Below, piece after piece: positions 11,407 through 11,546 of a stretch of 11,546 nt of DNA. The DNA lies in IMG/VR virus record IMGVR_UViG_2974779775_000001, positions 124,108 through 135,653 of that record, one strand, 5' to 3'. The number at the start of each line of letters is the position of its first letter. Within the stretch, counting starts at the first letter, position 1. The position numbers and the translations under genes were made by a program. The notes beneath the pieces were generated by a model. It saw only the letters and a list, made by a program, of their open reading frames with translations, was not told the DNA's origin and ran no database searches. The DNA comes from Samistivirus egole (lineage: Duplodnaviria > Heunggongvirae > Uroviricota > Caudoviricetes).

Positions 11407-11546
11407 ATGCCCTCAGACGGGCCCTCAGCCCTTTTGAAAACGGCTTTCAACTAGGGTGGAACCTTCCCCGGAACCTTCCCGCAAGAGAATGTCAAGGGAT
11501 ATGGGCGCACTATCTGGATTGTTACAAAGGTATGCGAAGCATGTAT

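Noticed and set aside
11458-11480. Direct repeat GGAACCTTCCC (two copies)
   Set aside because: Only two copies near the window edge, with no context to assign a function.
93-11495. Isolated TTGACA hexamers on minus at 93-98, 298-303 and 11490-11495
   Set aside because: No TAnnnT-like -10 element at 17-18 bp spacing.

Overview
Phage DNA, most consistent with the early-gene or long terminal-repeat region of a large lytic actinobacteriophage (Streptomyces-phage-like). This assignment is inferred from gene content and promoter type. Positions 1-950 are non-coding and carry three perfect DnaA boxes, a repeated TCGTAAA motif and a bidirectional terminator. From about 950 to 10800 lies an array of about 22 small minus-strand genes, mostly as mono- or short polycistronic cassettes. 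Recognisable products are a DUF932 protein, two paralogs with a ribosomal L7/L12 C-terminal-like domain, an Lsr2-type DNA-binding protein, a GP88-family Cys-rich protein and two ParB/Srx-like paralogs. Nearly every junction reuses the same module, read on the minus strand: stop codon, C(UUCG)G hairpin, dyad GTCSG-N3-CSGAC (16 copies), housekeeping-sigma promoter (-10 mostly TAGACT; 18 promoters), then often an ATCGAAAGGG leader folding into a covarying 5' hairpin, and an RBS. One promoter drives no ORF, only a three-way-junction RNA candidate (970-1058). A divergent plus-strand HNH endonuclease gene and its terminator close the window. All calls are made by eye; no database search was run.
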